Origin: Takakia lepidozioides
Taxonomy: Eukaryota; Plantae; Bryophyta
Direction of reading: 5' to 3'
Length of the DNA stretch: 64,000 nucleotides
Assembly: GCA_030704615.1 (NCBI GenBank)
Contig: CM060731.1
Span: forward strand, 95,790,001 to 95,854,000
Numbering within the stretch: position 1 is the stretch's first letter; every line of letters starts with the position of its first letter. Position numbers and translations under genes: made by a program. The notes beneath the pieces were generated by a model. The model worked only from the letters and a program-made list of their open reading frames with translations, searched no databases and was not told where the DNA came from. Positions 1-11,765 of the stretch are shown here, piece by piece.

Positions 1-5
1 TCGAC

Positions 6-862
6 TTGCGCTCCGGCTATCACCAAATTCGGTTGGCGGAAGGAGATGAGGAGAAGACCGCGTGCAGGACAAGGTATGGTTCATATGAGTTCTTGGTGAT
101 GCCTTTTGGGCTCACCAATGCACCTGCGACCTTTAGCACGCTGATGAACAGCCTTTTCCAGGAGTGGTTGGATGACTTTGTGATCGTGTACATCGACGAC
201 ATCTTGGTGTACTCGAAAACAAAAGAGGAGCACCTGGAGCACCTCAAAAGGGTGTTCCAAAAGTTGCGGGAAGGGAAGCTATACGCCAAAGCTTCAAAGT
301 GCGAATTCGGGGTCACGAAAGTGGAGTTCTTGGGGCATGTGATTACACAGGATGGGATCAAAATGGATGACAGAAAGGTGAGGGCGATCTTGGACTGGGA
401 GCCTCCGACTTCGGTCCCGGGAGTGCGATCCTTCCTAGGACTCGCCTCCTATTACCGGAAGTATGTGAGAAATTTTGCCAAGATTGCGGGGCCGCTGTCA
501 GACCTTCTGTGTAAATCTAAAGTTTGGGCATGGAACACCTTTTGTGGCCAAGCTTTTGCTGAATTGAAGCAGCGGATGGCGGAAGCTCTAGTCTTGAAAA
601 TCCCGGAGTTCGATCGTCCGTTTGAGATACATACAGATGCATCGGACTTCGCGATTGGGGGTGTACTGATGCAAGATGGACGTCCAATGGCTTACGAAAG
701 TAAGAAACTGAATAAAGTGGAGCGACGGTGGCCGACGCACGAGAAAGAGATGAAGGCGGTGGTGCATTGTCTTGAGCTTTGGCGCCACTATGTTGGTTCC
801 AACCCAGTGAAGGAATGTCATGGTGAAGTATTTTGCCACGCAACCCAAGTTGTCCCCAAAAC
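6..862 (+). pseudogene. RT-RNase H fragment of chromovirus pol
   Basis: Colinear with ORF 60849..63980 up to QPKLSPK; small deletion/frameshift near 813; homology stops at about 862. Confidence 0.92.
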
Positions 863-1122
863 AACATCGTCTAATCTCTGTATTTGCGAGTTTAGCTGCA
901 TAACTAGGAAGGGAGTAGTCCTTCACCGGGCTCGTCATGAAGTCGGCCCTCGCAAAGAACGGGACATTCTTCCTGGCAGGAAGTGTAGACCTTACATGTT
1001 TCGACCCGGATCCTCCAATCCTGCATATAACAATCACCAACGAGACCAATGAGAACCACAGTCCGGATATGCGTTTGACAAAAAATCACACAGAAGGCTT
1101 TGCAAACTTACAATGTTTGCAC

Positions 1123-4100
1123 TCACTCGTATTCCGGGTTCTCCTCGGCATCAATGTCCACTGTCTCTTCCTCCGACTCCGACGAATCCGAGGAGTCTTT
1201 GACTTCGATGGGAGCCTTCACATTCCGTTGCAGCCCTTCCAGATGGGATCCCCAGACGCCTGTGTCCTCCTCGTAGGCAAAGAGGTGCCGGTCGGAAAAC
1301 CGCCCAGCCCACATTGAGGCACCTGTTACAATGCCATCCACACATTATGACATGGCCCTTCAGATGTTGCGAATGAAAGCATAACGAGAGTTTGCATAAA
1401 AGCATACAACAAGATTCTGCATACCTGTCCCACAGATGAGGTCGAGCATTGTGCCCTCCACGTCAGTGCATGTCTCCATAATTGTCTGAATGAAGGCAGG
1501 GCTCCAAGTGCGTGAATACCGCAGGGGTTCAGTTGAAGTGAGGCTATGAGGGAGAAGTTCCGTGGGAACGTTGTTGAACAGGACGTCGTAATCGATGGGG
1601 TCGGAGTTCGGGTCAACCAACAATCCCTCCTTCCGGAAAGCAAAGGTGGAGTTCTCATTCACAAAGCAGTATGCATCGAACTGCTTCGTCTGCATACACA
1701 GTGGGGAACGATTAGAAATCGAATGCGGCACCGCATTTCAAGACTCCTAAGAAAATGAAAGGACGAGTGCCAAGGTCGTAATTACCTTCTTCCCTTCCGA
1801 CCGAAGGCCCAATGTGTTGATGCACGTCCACTTCTTCTTCAGAATTGGGACGGCGCTCTTGCGGGTCCACTTCGCAATTCCTGTCTGCGTGTTTTTGCCT
1901 CTGCTCGCCAGGACAACCACACAGCCTCTGCCGTCCAACACCATGCGGGCGAGCCCGAATCCTTTCTTCCAAAAGTCCTCGGAGTACCTGTTCCAAGATG
2001 GCAAAGCTTGCAGTCCTTCCACAGGCTCTCCGTCTGGAATATCCAAGATGATCATATCGCAAGACCAATCGGTGGCATTTCTGCCCCTCCTGCAATCCTT
2101 GTCTGCACACACCCTCTCAAAGAACGAGACCATCTTCAGAAACCCGGGGGTGTCGGAAGGCTCTTCGGCAGCCGCCTTCTTCAGTGCTCTGCCCTTCAGA
2201 CCCTCCATGGTCTTCATGTATGCCAACTCGGCTGCCCGTCCATCCAAAGCCGCCAAGAAACTCTCATTCACACACTGGACTACTGTATCGGGATCCACTT
2301 TCGGCCTCTTCATTTCCACCAGCTCGAAAGGGTGCCCCCCCGGGGGGTTGAAGAGTGCCTTCTTTGCCGAGCCAGTTCTCGTCCCTCTCGTGACAACGGT
2401 GGGCACAGGGGATTTCGGCTGTGTCTCGGGGGGTGGGCTGGTTGCAAAGTCTCCATCGGAGTCCTCTTCCTCACCCTCTACTGCACTATCTGTTTCTGCT
2501 TCTTCGTTTTCTTGGGTGTCACAACTGCTGCTCCTTGCTGGCAAGTCCGCTTCTTCGACCCCTTCTGTTGAGCCTGCACAGCTGCATCCACCGTCTTCTG
2601 TGCCATCTCAGCTGCCTTTTTGGATTGTTCCAGAGCAGCAGCTTCCTTTGCCGACTCTGGCCGAGCAGGGACACGTCTTTCCTTTCTCTTCTCTTCTGCT
2701 TTCGCGTGCAGATCTTTCTCAGACTCGTCAACAATTCCGCCAAACATGTCCAGGTACCACGGGCATCCAACCAGATGCGCGGCATGCCATTGTTTCTGCA
2801 GCTCGGGTGTGTAGACACAGCTTGGGCCCGCCACGGTCCAAGCCATGAAGAACGGGGGCTCTTGAGCCAGGGCCCCTGTCTGAAGAAGCACGTATTTCAT
2901 ATACCTGCAGGGCAGTCAGCATGCGTGAGCAAAAGTTGAGACCAACGTACTCGCAGAGTGCAACCTAAACATAAAATGCGAATGCGGTGCCGCATTTCCC
3001 AGACAAACCTCATTACCAAGCTTTGCATACAAGGACAGCTGGGCTTCACCTGTAAACAATTCGCATTGCAGCTTTTCCCGCTCCCTCCTGATGTGTAAAC
3101 TCCACGCTCCTTCTTGCTGTCTGTAGCTCCCTGGCGAAGAGGTTGTCCTTGTAAGCACATCTGAAACGTGTCACGTAGTCTTCCAATGTCCGTGTTCCAT
3201 CCCATTTGACGTACAAGCCGAATGAATTTGTATGCATTACGATTTGCTCCTTCGCATTTGTCATTACCTGCGATTCCCACATGCATTGTCACGTAGTAGT
3301 TCAGGGAATTCATTTCAGAAAAGCAACTCTGGGGAAGTACCTTGAATTACCTGGAACCACCAAGTCATGCGGTTGAGCCACACATCCACTGCAGGGTCGG
3401 AAACTTCGAGTGGAAAAGACCACATTGTCCTTATACTCTCCGATGCATTCCAGATCGACAGCCACCGTGTCTGCCATTTCCGATCCAATGTCAGGAGCAG
3501 GAAGAAGAGTGGCTATTGCTAGGAAGGAGCTTCAGTGAATTGAAACATCACCTTCTCTTTCGCTTCAACACATGCCGTTGAGAGGTGATGCAGTTTCTCC
3601 AATTGCATGGTCGGCTGCATGGCCTGAGAATAGTGTTTTGCAATCTCGGGGATGAAGTCCTTTCCAAGTGCCGGATCTGCAATGGCCACCAGCTTCACAA
3701 GCTTTGACTTGTATTTCGTTCTGGACTTGACCCCGGCTTCCTTCAAGTGCTCAGTCAATGACTGCAACGTTTTGACCTGTCCCTCACTTTCCATGAAGAA
3801 GCGTTTGGCATGGGCCAAATCCAGCTTGATGTTTGACTGCCAACAAAAAACATGCAGAAGCGTTACATTTGATTCATGTGGAAAGATTACCGGAAATTGG
3901 GGAAGGATGAGCAGAGGGAAATGGAGGACGACTTACTTCGTATATCACCTCCACCATCCATCCATAGTGAGACGATACCATGTCCGGTCAGTTTTTGCCA
4001 CGGCTTTCTGAATGAGCTCGGGCTCCAGCATTTCCGCGAACATTGTGCGGATCAGTGAGACCAGTTTTCCTCACCCTGTACAGCATATGTGCCATGTGGG

Positions 4101-5201
4101 TATGCACATACGCATTTTCAGTGACCCTGCAAGGCACACTCTCCAGTTCAGTCCACGAAAGCACGGAAACAAAACAGATTGGAAACCGAAATGCGGCACC
4201 GCATTTCGAACGTGCTTGGGAGGGTATGATTATCTTACGAGTTGAGGTCCACCATGGCATTCTTGAGCAGGGAGGAGTCTGCCGCCTTCACCTTGAGGAT
4301 GACACACTCCACCATGTAATGCCAGCCAATGTGCTTGGCATGGTTCTGCTTGATGTACTCCCACCAGGCGAGAAGTCGGTGATTCCCGTCCCACACAAAG
4401 AACATTTTACCCGACATATGGCCGAAGTCGGGATCACCCTTCAGGGTTGCCTCGAATTCGTCGTTGCGAGTGTGCCAGTGGGGTATCCCATGTTGACAAT
4501 TCCTCCGCAGTGGGTCCACGAGATTCGCCGTCCTCATTCTCAAGGGAAACGTAGAAGGCTGGCAAACCTAGACAGTACCCTTCTCGAAATGCGAACTTGA
4601 GCTTATCCACATCTCCGGGAAGTGCCTGCCTGACGATGGGAAGGGAGACCATGCGACAGAGTGGGATTCGAAGAGTCCTCTGGAATACCCTGCTGCCCAG
4701 AACTCTGCCAATGCTACTATGTGTCTCCTCCAACATTGTATCCGCTGCACTTTGGAATCCCTCCGGAGACATTTCTGCTGGTGGCGGCAGGGGCTGAGCA
4801 GCTTGAGCATCCCCAACTGGAGCTGCACTCTGGGGAATCTTTGCGGACAATTGTGCAATTGCAGAGGCCTCCTCCGGGCCTTCAGTGGTCAGGTCTTCCT
4901 CAACTGTGGTCAGGTCTTGCTGAGAACGTTGAGAGGCAGCACCCTCCTCCGGTACCAGATTGACGGTCGATCCCATTGGCTTTGTTGCAGCAGGTTGGAA
5001 ATCAAGCAGGAACTGGGCTTCAGCTCGTGGAATCGGTTTTGCGGGAGACTGCTCCGCCTCCCCCCTGATTGCCTTGTGCTTCCTCATTCTTGCAGGTGAA
5101 GGTGTCTGCTGCAATTGAATCTGCTTCATTTGCCTGGGTGGGGGGGAAACGGCCTGGTCCGGTTCAGAGCTTGAACCAAGTTCATTCAATGGGTCATTCA
5201 A
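1123..5201 (-). pseudogene. Multi-exon gene: ParB/Sulfiredoxin-like domain fused to a C-terminal beta-class amino-(N4C/N6A) DNA methyltransferase-like domain (paralogue 1, frameshifted)
   Basis: IPLCRMV..VR..D.DKLK..F..GY and VWDGNHRLLAW (about 4680-4360); DMIILDIPDG (about 2055-2030) precedes SPAFIQTIMETCTDVEGTMLDLICGT|GASMWAG..RHLFAYEED (about 1500-1265); GT-AG introns at the same positions as in paralogue 24431-28260. Confidence 0.75.
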
Positions 5202-5590
5202 GTGTTGAACGCATCTACGTGTTTTAGAGACGGAAAACTGCGTTTCATCTGCACATGATTCTTTTTTTAAATTTGTTCTTAAACCATATGCTTAATGACA
5301 GCATATGCAATGTGTGTGCAAAATTTGAGAGTGAATAAAAGTCATTTGGACCCATAACCATATTTTCTTCCCTCATTTGCACTCCAAAGTTGAGTTGTCT
5401 TCAATTTCATGCACTCTTCAAAAAGAGTTCTGCAATAGTGAACAAAGATTTTTTTTATAAAAATTTTAAATTTAATTTTATTGTTTTTGGGTCTAATCTT
5501 TTGCACGGATGTAGTGGTGCAAAGGGTTGAATTCACGAAACAAAATACAGCCAAAAAAAAAAAAAAAAAAAACCATTCGTAGTGGAAATC

Positions 5591-6471
5591 TTGTCTCGGA
5601 CCGCGATCCAAAGTTTACAAGTAAATTTTGGAGGGCACTTTGGAAGAAGATAGGGACGAGGCTCAAGATGAGTACGGCCTTCCGACCTACAACGGACGGC
5701 CAAATGGAAAGAGTGAATTCCGTGGTGAAGCAGATCTTGCGGAATTATGTGTCGGCAGACCAGTCAGACTGGGTGGAGGACTTGGATGCGGCAGAGTTTT
5801 GTTATAATAACACAAAACACTCCGCAACGGGAGTTTCCCCTTTCGTATTGGTCTATGGAAAAGCACCTCTGGTGCCGACAAATTGGGTCGCTCATGACGT
5901 TGAGGAACAAACAGCAGCAGCGGTGTTGGAAGAATTGGAGCTCGCAAAGTACTACATTGCCAAAGCTAGGAAACGGTATGAACGGCAGGCAAATCGAAAG
6001 CAGAAGGAAGTTAAGTTTGAGGCAAACAGGGAGATCTGGTTGAACATCAAGAATTTTCGACTACCTCCGGAAATGAGTCCAAAGTTTGTACCTCCGTATG
6101 CGGGGCCCTTTCGCATCCGGAAGGTTATGAATGAGGATGTGTATGAATTGGAGCTGCCGGCAAACAGCAAGGTGCATCCGGTATTTCACGTTTCCCTTTT
6201 GAAGCCTTACTTCAAAGATGAAGCGCGTCCGAATCGGCATCAAGTGTTGCGTCCGCCACCTGTGCTGTTGGATCATGAAAATGAACCTGAGTACAAGGTG
6301 GAGGCAGTGCTTAAGTCGAGGAGGTTCAAGAATCGAGAAACAGAGTATCTCGTGAAATGGAAGGGCTATCATCAAGTGGAGGCAACTTGGGTGCGTGCCT
6401 CAGAAATGGGAAACGCATCCGAGGTGGTTGCAGCTTTCGAAGGGCGGCCTCAAAAGCGGAAGAAGCGTTGA
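5591..6471 (+). pseudogene. Integrase C-terminal half plus chromodomain of chromovirus copy 1
   Basis: [22 protein letters not shown] motif, chromodomain; matches 60075-60967 on the minus strand. Confidence 0.92.
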
Positions 6472-6505
6472 TGGGGACATCAACCTTGGATCGTGGGGGA
6501 GGAAA

Positions 6506-8105
6506 TGCATGCTTAGTCCGGCTTAGCTAGCTCAGGAATCCGATTACAAAAAAACTTGTGTTGTACAAATTTTGTTTGTAAATGAAATGGTTTCCAAATG
6601 TTGTGCTTCCTATTTTGTTTGGAATGGTGATGCATGGTATGGTTGGCTAGTGTGTAAGAATGCATGCTAGCTTACAAAAGTGGGAGAGGTAAATTGGATT
6701 AATCGTGTGTTTGCGCAGTGCCAAAATCGAGTGACTTCCATCCAAGAGGCAAGGAAACTTGCGCCTTCTTTGGGAGTTCACGTGCTAGTGCGCACCTGGC
6801 GCGTGCGCGTACTATAACTGCGCTACTGAGGGGGTTGTCTTGTAGTGCGGGCTAACGCGGAAACTACGTGCTTCCGTTCACGTACTATAATCGTGTAACC
6901 TCAGGATGAAGTCATAGTGCGGCTTCGGCGTGTTCCCGTACCTCAGGCCAGCATTCCAAGGCGGACCCAATTGTAGTGATTGGGGTGCACGGTTGGTTCA
7001 AGGTTATCTTCCTAGTCGAAAAAGGGTTCAAGGTGAGCCCTTGCTCAAGGTGATGCCAAAAAGCGGCATCATGAGCGGTCGCAAGCAATGTTGTTGTAGT
7101 AAGGCGATTCAATCCTCAGGGAGGATCGTCCCTTGGCCTGAAGTGGGCCTAGAAGAATGCACTGGGTGGAGCTGGAGAGGCTCCACCCTTGGCCGGGACT
7201 TGGAGGAAGTTGGCCAAACTAGCTAGTGTGGGGGTTTGGTTCTTTGTCATGGGACGCCATGGTACAGAAACAAACTCCTTGATGTGGAACACCACAACTT
7301 GGATGTTAGTTTCTACAAAATGGACAAGTCGATGAGGACATCGCCTCCATCTTGGTAGGGGTGTGTATCACGGCCCTTTGCCTTGAGGGCAAGGGGTCGG
7401 GAAACAAAGAGGGGCTGCCCCTGTGGTGGGGGCAGTGGCAACAATAGGTACGGGGGCTGAAGCACCCTTGAGTGCCCAAGGCACTCAAGGAGGCGGACGT
7501 GCTCACTAGGTGGAGCCCCACACACCGGGTTGTGGTGGGGGTGGTTCCACGAAGGGTGGTGGTAGCTTAGTGGATCTTAGTGGGGGTGACATATGACTCA
7601 CCATGGGGCGGAGACCTTGTGGTGGGAGTCGTGGGGAGTCTTGGGACTCATCACGGTCCATTGGGGCCATGGTGGGTGGGCCAAGACTCACCGCGACTTA
7701 TCACCGGGAGTCAAGGGTCTTCGTGGTGGTTCGCCATAAAAGGACGGTGTTGTTTGTGAAACCCCCGCAGACAATCAGAGAAGTATATATAGGGAGTAGT
7801 AACCCCGAGAACGGTGCAAGCCCCTTGGTGACCAAAAACTAGCGAGTAAGCATGCGAGCCGGAAAGCGACCAAGGTATGGGGAGTTGTTCCAAACTGCAA
7901 ACAACCAAAGGGAATTTCCACTAGGCCCAAAGTGAGCGAGGGTCTTGTGGAGGAGCAAAGGGGGACCGTTATGTCCCGGTGAGCAGTCGAAGCTCCGAGT
8001 TGGCCAAGCGGCCAGTTTGGGAGTTAGGCGCGCGTATCAAAGCGAGTAACTATGACGTGAAGGGGAGCTTACCGAAGTGAGGTGCGCGACATTTCATATC
8101 ATGCA
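6506..8105 (+). repeat. 3' LTR of chromovirus copy 1
   Basis: Follows PPT GGGGGAGGAAA (6495-6505); TGCATG...CATGCA inverted termini (alternative end GCGACA at 8091); first 1 kb is homologous to 59034-60041. Confidence 0.75.
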
Positions 8106-8757
8106 TCTTGCAGCCCCATCTTGATGTCCAAGCTCGCAATTTATTTGCTGAAGAGGCATACCGATGCGGGTTTCTTCCTTCTTACGAGCCCCACCCCGTT
8201 CCGGATGTGAATTTTTTTTTCTCGCAACATGACGTAGATGCAGTTTGTGAGATAGCGGGGTACAATGTGTGTTTTTCTATTTTTGGGCACCGGGCCAGGC
8301 GCTTGCCACCTACACACACACATTTGTCATCCTCGACATCGACACCCCCATCATCACCATCATCTGCATCGTCCGTTTCTCCTATTGTACATGGTCTTTC
8401 CTCATCACCATTGTCATCTGAGGTCCCTCATACCGATCAGCTACGTGTCCCTTCCCCTCCATTGCCGAGACCACAGCCGCCACCGAGTCCGAGTTTGTCA
8501 TCCTTGACATCGGCACCCCCATCATCACCATCATCCACATCGTCCGTTCCTCCTATTGTACATGTTATTTCCTCATCACATCGCCGTCCCGGCCATCTTG
8601 GCCGGTACTACCTCCACGCGAGATCCCCCAGATGGATCCCACCACCTTTGGGGACTGTGTATGACTAGGACCGATGGATCACTAGGTTCGGGCACTCCGG
8701 GAGGAGGGCCCCCGAAGTGATGGACGGTCGCCGCCCCCTAGGAGAGGTGGACCAAAG

Positions 8758-9390
8758 TTGTTTTGCACGGTTGGTCCGCGCCGTCGCCGGCTTGATGACG
8801 GCACCATACGTCATCGTGGTGCTAGGGAGCTATTCACGATGGGAGTCCAACCCCATTTCTACCAATGTCTTGTGCCTTGTCCAGTTCCAATTCCCGAGGG
8901 TGAGCCCTTTCTTTTTTGGGGTCGCATGTATTGCGTGATGGAGGCAATGGACCCTAGTATGGGTCGTGGACTTTTTTTTATGGAGGATGTAGTTTTGGGG
9001 AGAGGAGAGGATTCTGTGGATTTGTTCCCCTATTTTGGGCCGAGGTATTATTGCAGACAATTATTGCAATTATTGCAGACACACGGCCTTGGGTCCTTGA
9101 TCCATCCTTACATCCTTGTTGTGAACGACAATGATGTAAGGGCAAGAAATTTGGGCAGCAAAGCCCAGATTTATTGTGACGGAAACCCCGATGTGTATGG
9201 CAACGTGGCTGGGCTCATCAACAGTTCAGTTACCTTACCGCCGGGCCACACCGCCAACGTGTTTTGGGATGAGCGCCATGACGGGGATAGTAGATTGGAC
9301 CCTAACATCACCACTTTTGTGATGACATGTGCGAGGAGGACCATTAGGGCTGGAGAGGAGTTGTTTGCAGGGTATGACTTTAAGCGTTAG
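8758..9390 (+). CDS. Intronless SET-domain protein (putative lysine methyltransferase); true start uncertain
   Basis: MGRGLFF, PYFG, YCDG...GNVAGLINSS and ARRTIRAGEELFAGY correspond to SET motifs GxGLF, EYxG, ID..GN.ARFINHS and GEELxxxY. Confidence 0.8.
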   Translation: MFCTVGPRRRRLDDGTIRHRGARELFTMGVQPHFYQCLVPCPVPIPEGEPFLFWGRMYCVMEAMDPSMGRGLFFMEDVVLGRGEDSVDLFPYFGPRYYCRQLLQLLQTHGLGSLIHPYILVVNDNDVRARNLGSKAQIYCDGNPDVYGNVAGLINSSVTLPPGHTANVFWDERHDGDSRLDPNITTFVMTCARRTIRAGEELFAGYDFKR

Positions 9391-9487
9391 TCGAGTTTCA
9401 TCATATGTAGATGGACGTAGGAAGACATTTTGTAGCTTGAGGTGGCTTCCTCCACCGTGTATATATATACATAGGCATTGATGTGTA

Positions 9488-9908
9488 TGTCATGGTCTTA
9501 GTCATGGTTATCTAGAATTACCTACTTCTAGTTAACTAGGACATTTTAGATATTTATATTTATATTTTGTGTGTTGGGACTTCATTTGGTCTCACATGCC
9601 AAGTGAGGTGTCGAGCCTCACTTGAGACATGGAGATAGGTTTTCCCATTGTGAGTGTTGAGGAGGCTCATCTTCTTGTAGTTGAGCCTCCATGAGCTTCT
9701 CTCACCTCCATAGCTCTAGGTATTGAGAGAGTGTGTGTTGAGGGCTTTGTAGGGTGGATTCCTTTAGCAAAGGTGCCCTTGGCTTGACTTAGTTTATGTG
9801 ATAGAGTGGATTTCACTTGGAAGGACTAGGGCTTGTTCTTCATGTGATTGTTTCATGCTTTGAGAGCTTTCATTGTCTTCTACTTCTCTCATTTCTCATC
9901 TCTTATCA
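9488..9908 (+). repeat. Terminal repeat A1 (421 bp)
   Basis: Matches 19983-20403 with 2 mismatches by eye. Confidence 0.95.
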
Positions 9909-11214
9909 CTACAAGAAGATCACCTTATGCTTGTGAGTGCGGAGTGTAAGGATTAGTTTTGCACTTGTATTTTAAAGAGGTTGAGAGCTAGGAGAATTTA
10001 GCTCTTGTATCACAAGGCTTGCAAGGGGTATCAAGGAAAGGTGCTCGAGTATTGCATGCACCAAGGAGTTGGAGAGCTTGAGAAGAAAGCTCTTGAGTCA
10101 CAAGATTTTGCAAGGATTGTAAGGAGGAAGTCTTGTGTGTGTGGAAGCATGGATTCTAGGGTTTGAGAATCCTTTGTATGCATTATGGAGTCGATGGTGT
10201 GCGCCATGGCTTGTGGAGAGTTACTAAAGGCTTGTTAGTGCTCATTTCACTATCAAGCTAGGGTTAAGCAAGTTCAAAGTGTGGATGTTGTGGAAGAGAA
10301 GCCAAGGAGCTATATATGCTTGGGCTTGAAGACAACAAGGGCAAGCACTTGGAGAGCACTAAGAAGCTCAAGAGGTTTTGAAAGGGAGCATGTGAAGAAA
10401 TCTTCTAATCATGGTGGTGTGGAGCCAAGCTTAGGGTGCCATTGGAAGGGCTTGGAGAACATGTGGTGGGAAATCCTTGAAGGGAAATCATCATTCAATG
10501 TATCATAGCTTCACCCTAACTATGTAATGTGACAAGAGGGGGAGGCAATACTTGGCTATTCATGCTCTTGGTAGTGCGAGCTTTGTGGTGGATAGTTGAC
10601 CAAGCAAGTGGTGCATGTGTGGAGCATGCTCGCTTGAGTTTGTAAGTTCAAGTTTGAGAAGGGGAGCTCTTGAACTAGCAAGAGGTGAAGGCCTTTGAGA
10701 TCCATTTGTGTGTGAAGTGGAGAGGTGTTGATTCATGTTATGATGAAGGAGAGCAACACATAGGCCAAGAGGTCATGAAACATGCATTCAAATGACCACG
10801 GGGAGCACATGGATGATGGATTGGTGCAAGACCCCAAATGAGGCATATGGCGTGAGAGTGGGATCCAAGGCGGATTGCTTGGGAGCATTATTGTAAGTGA
10901 CAAGCATTGCTCCTACACATTGAGATAATTTGTGTTGATTTGGAGCAATTTTCAAGTGATGAGGAGACAAATGCATGATTGCTCGGCAATGGAGATATGT
11001 AGTTTGCAATCAAATCCCAAGGACTAGAAGGGGGATTGATTTGGTGGACAATGACTTGCAAGTTGAGTTGGACCACTCTTGGTTGCACATTGGGGTGGAA
11101 GAGAGCAAGAAGATGCCTCTTATGACCACCTAGAGACCATATTTTTGCTTGAGTAGAAGCATAGAAGTCAAGGACTTGCATTCTAGCTCTTCATTACAAA
11201 CCCTAGTAGTGTAT

Positions 11215-11608
11215 GCTCAGACTATACCTCTGTTAGTATACCAAACAGGAGCTTGTCCCTTTGACTATACCTCTGTTGAGGTATCACCATATGTGAACCC
11301 TAATGTGAGACTATACCTCTGTTAGTATACCAAACAGGAGCTTGTCCATTTTACTATACCTCTATTGAGGTATCACCATATGTGAACCCTAATCAGCTCA
11401 GACTATACCTCTGTTAGTATACCAAACAGGAGCTTGTCCCTTTTACTATACCTCTGTTGAGGTATCACCATATGTGGACCCTAATCAGCTCAGACTATAC
11501 CTCTGTTAGTATACCAAACAGAACCCTCATTTTCAGACTATACCTCTGTAAAGGTATCATCAACATAAGGGACCCTAGCAACCTCAGACTATACCTCTGT
11601 TAAGGTAT
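11215..11608 (+). repeat. About 92-bp tandem repeat (about 4 units) in the 5' leader
   Basis: ACTATACCTCTGTT recurs about every 45 bp; units contain AACCCTAAT. Confidence 0.9.
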
Positions 11609-11639
11609 CAACAGTGAAAGGACTTAGTGAAATTTAAGG

Positions 11640-11765
11640 GCCTTTGGAGGATTGTTTGGAAGATATTTGAGGGCCCTTGGAGGAGTATTTGGAGGATCTT
11701 TGGGGTCCTTGGAGGAGTGTTTGGAGGATCTTTGGGGTCCTTGGAGGACCCTTCGAGGAGCTTTG
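11640..11765 (+). repeat. Short 11/33-bp tandem repeat
   Basis: TTTGGAGGATCTTTGGGGTCCTTGGAGGA repeated. Confidence 0.8.

Larger units (their letters stand above)
1..8105 (+). mobile_element. Ty3/Gypsy chromovirus (Galadriel-like), copy 1; begins upstream of the window, pol interrupted by a 4.7-kb foreign segment
   Basis: RT (YIDD), RNase H ([26 protein letters not shown]), integrase C-terminus (GPF, HPVFHVS) and chromodomain (YLVKWKGY..EATW), then PPT and LTR; nearly identical to the element at 59034-64000. Confidence 0.92.

Noticed and set aside
1814-2848. 344-aa plus-strand ORF and similar antisense ORFs
   Set aside because: Shadow frames of the minus-strand ParB-MTase exons; no motifs
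5573-5584. CACTA terminus (GTAGTG) at the right edge of the captured segment
   Set aside because: No matching left terminus or TSD near 862
9907-11211. Non-autonomous CACTA element (CACTACAAG...CTAGTAGTG with TAT on both sides)
   Set aside because: TIR match is only 6-9 bp, no subterminal repeats, composition is continuous with repeat A, and removing it does not extend the A1/A2 match; not fully excluded
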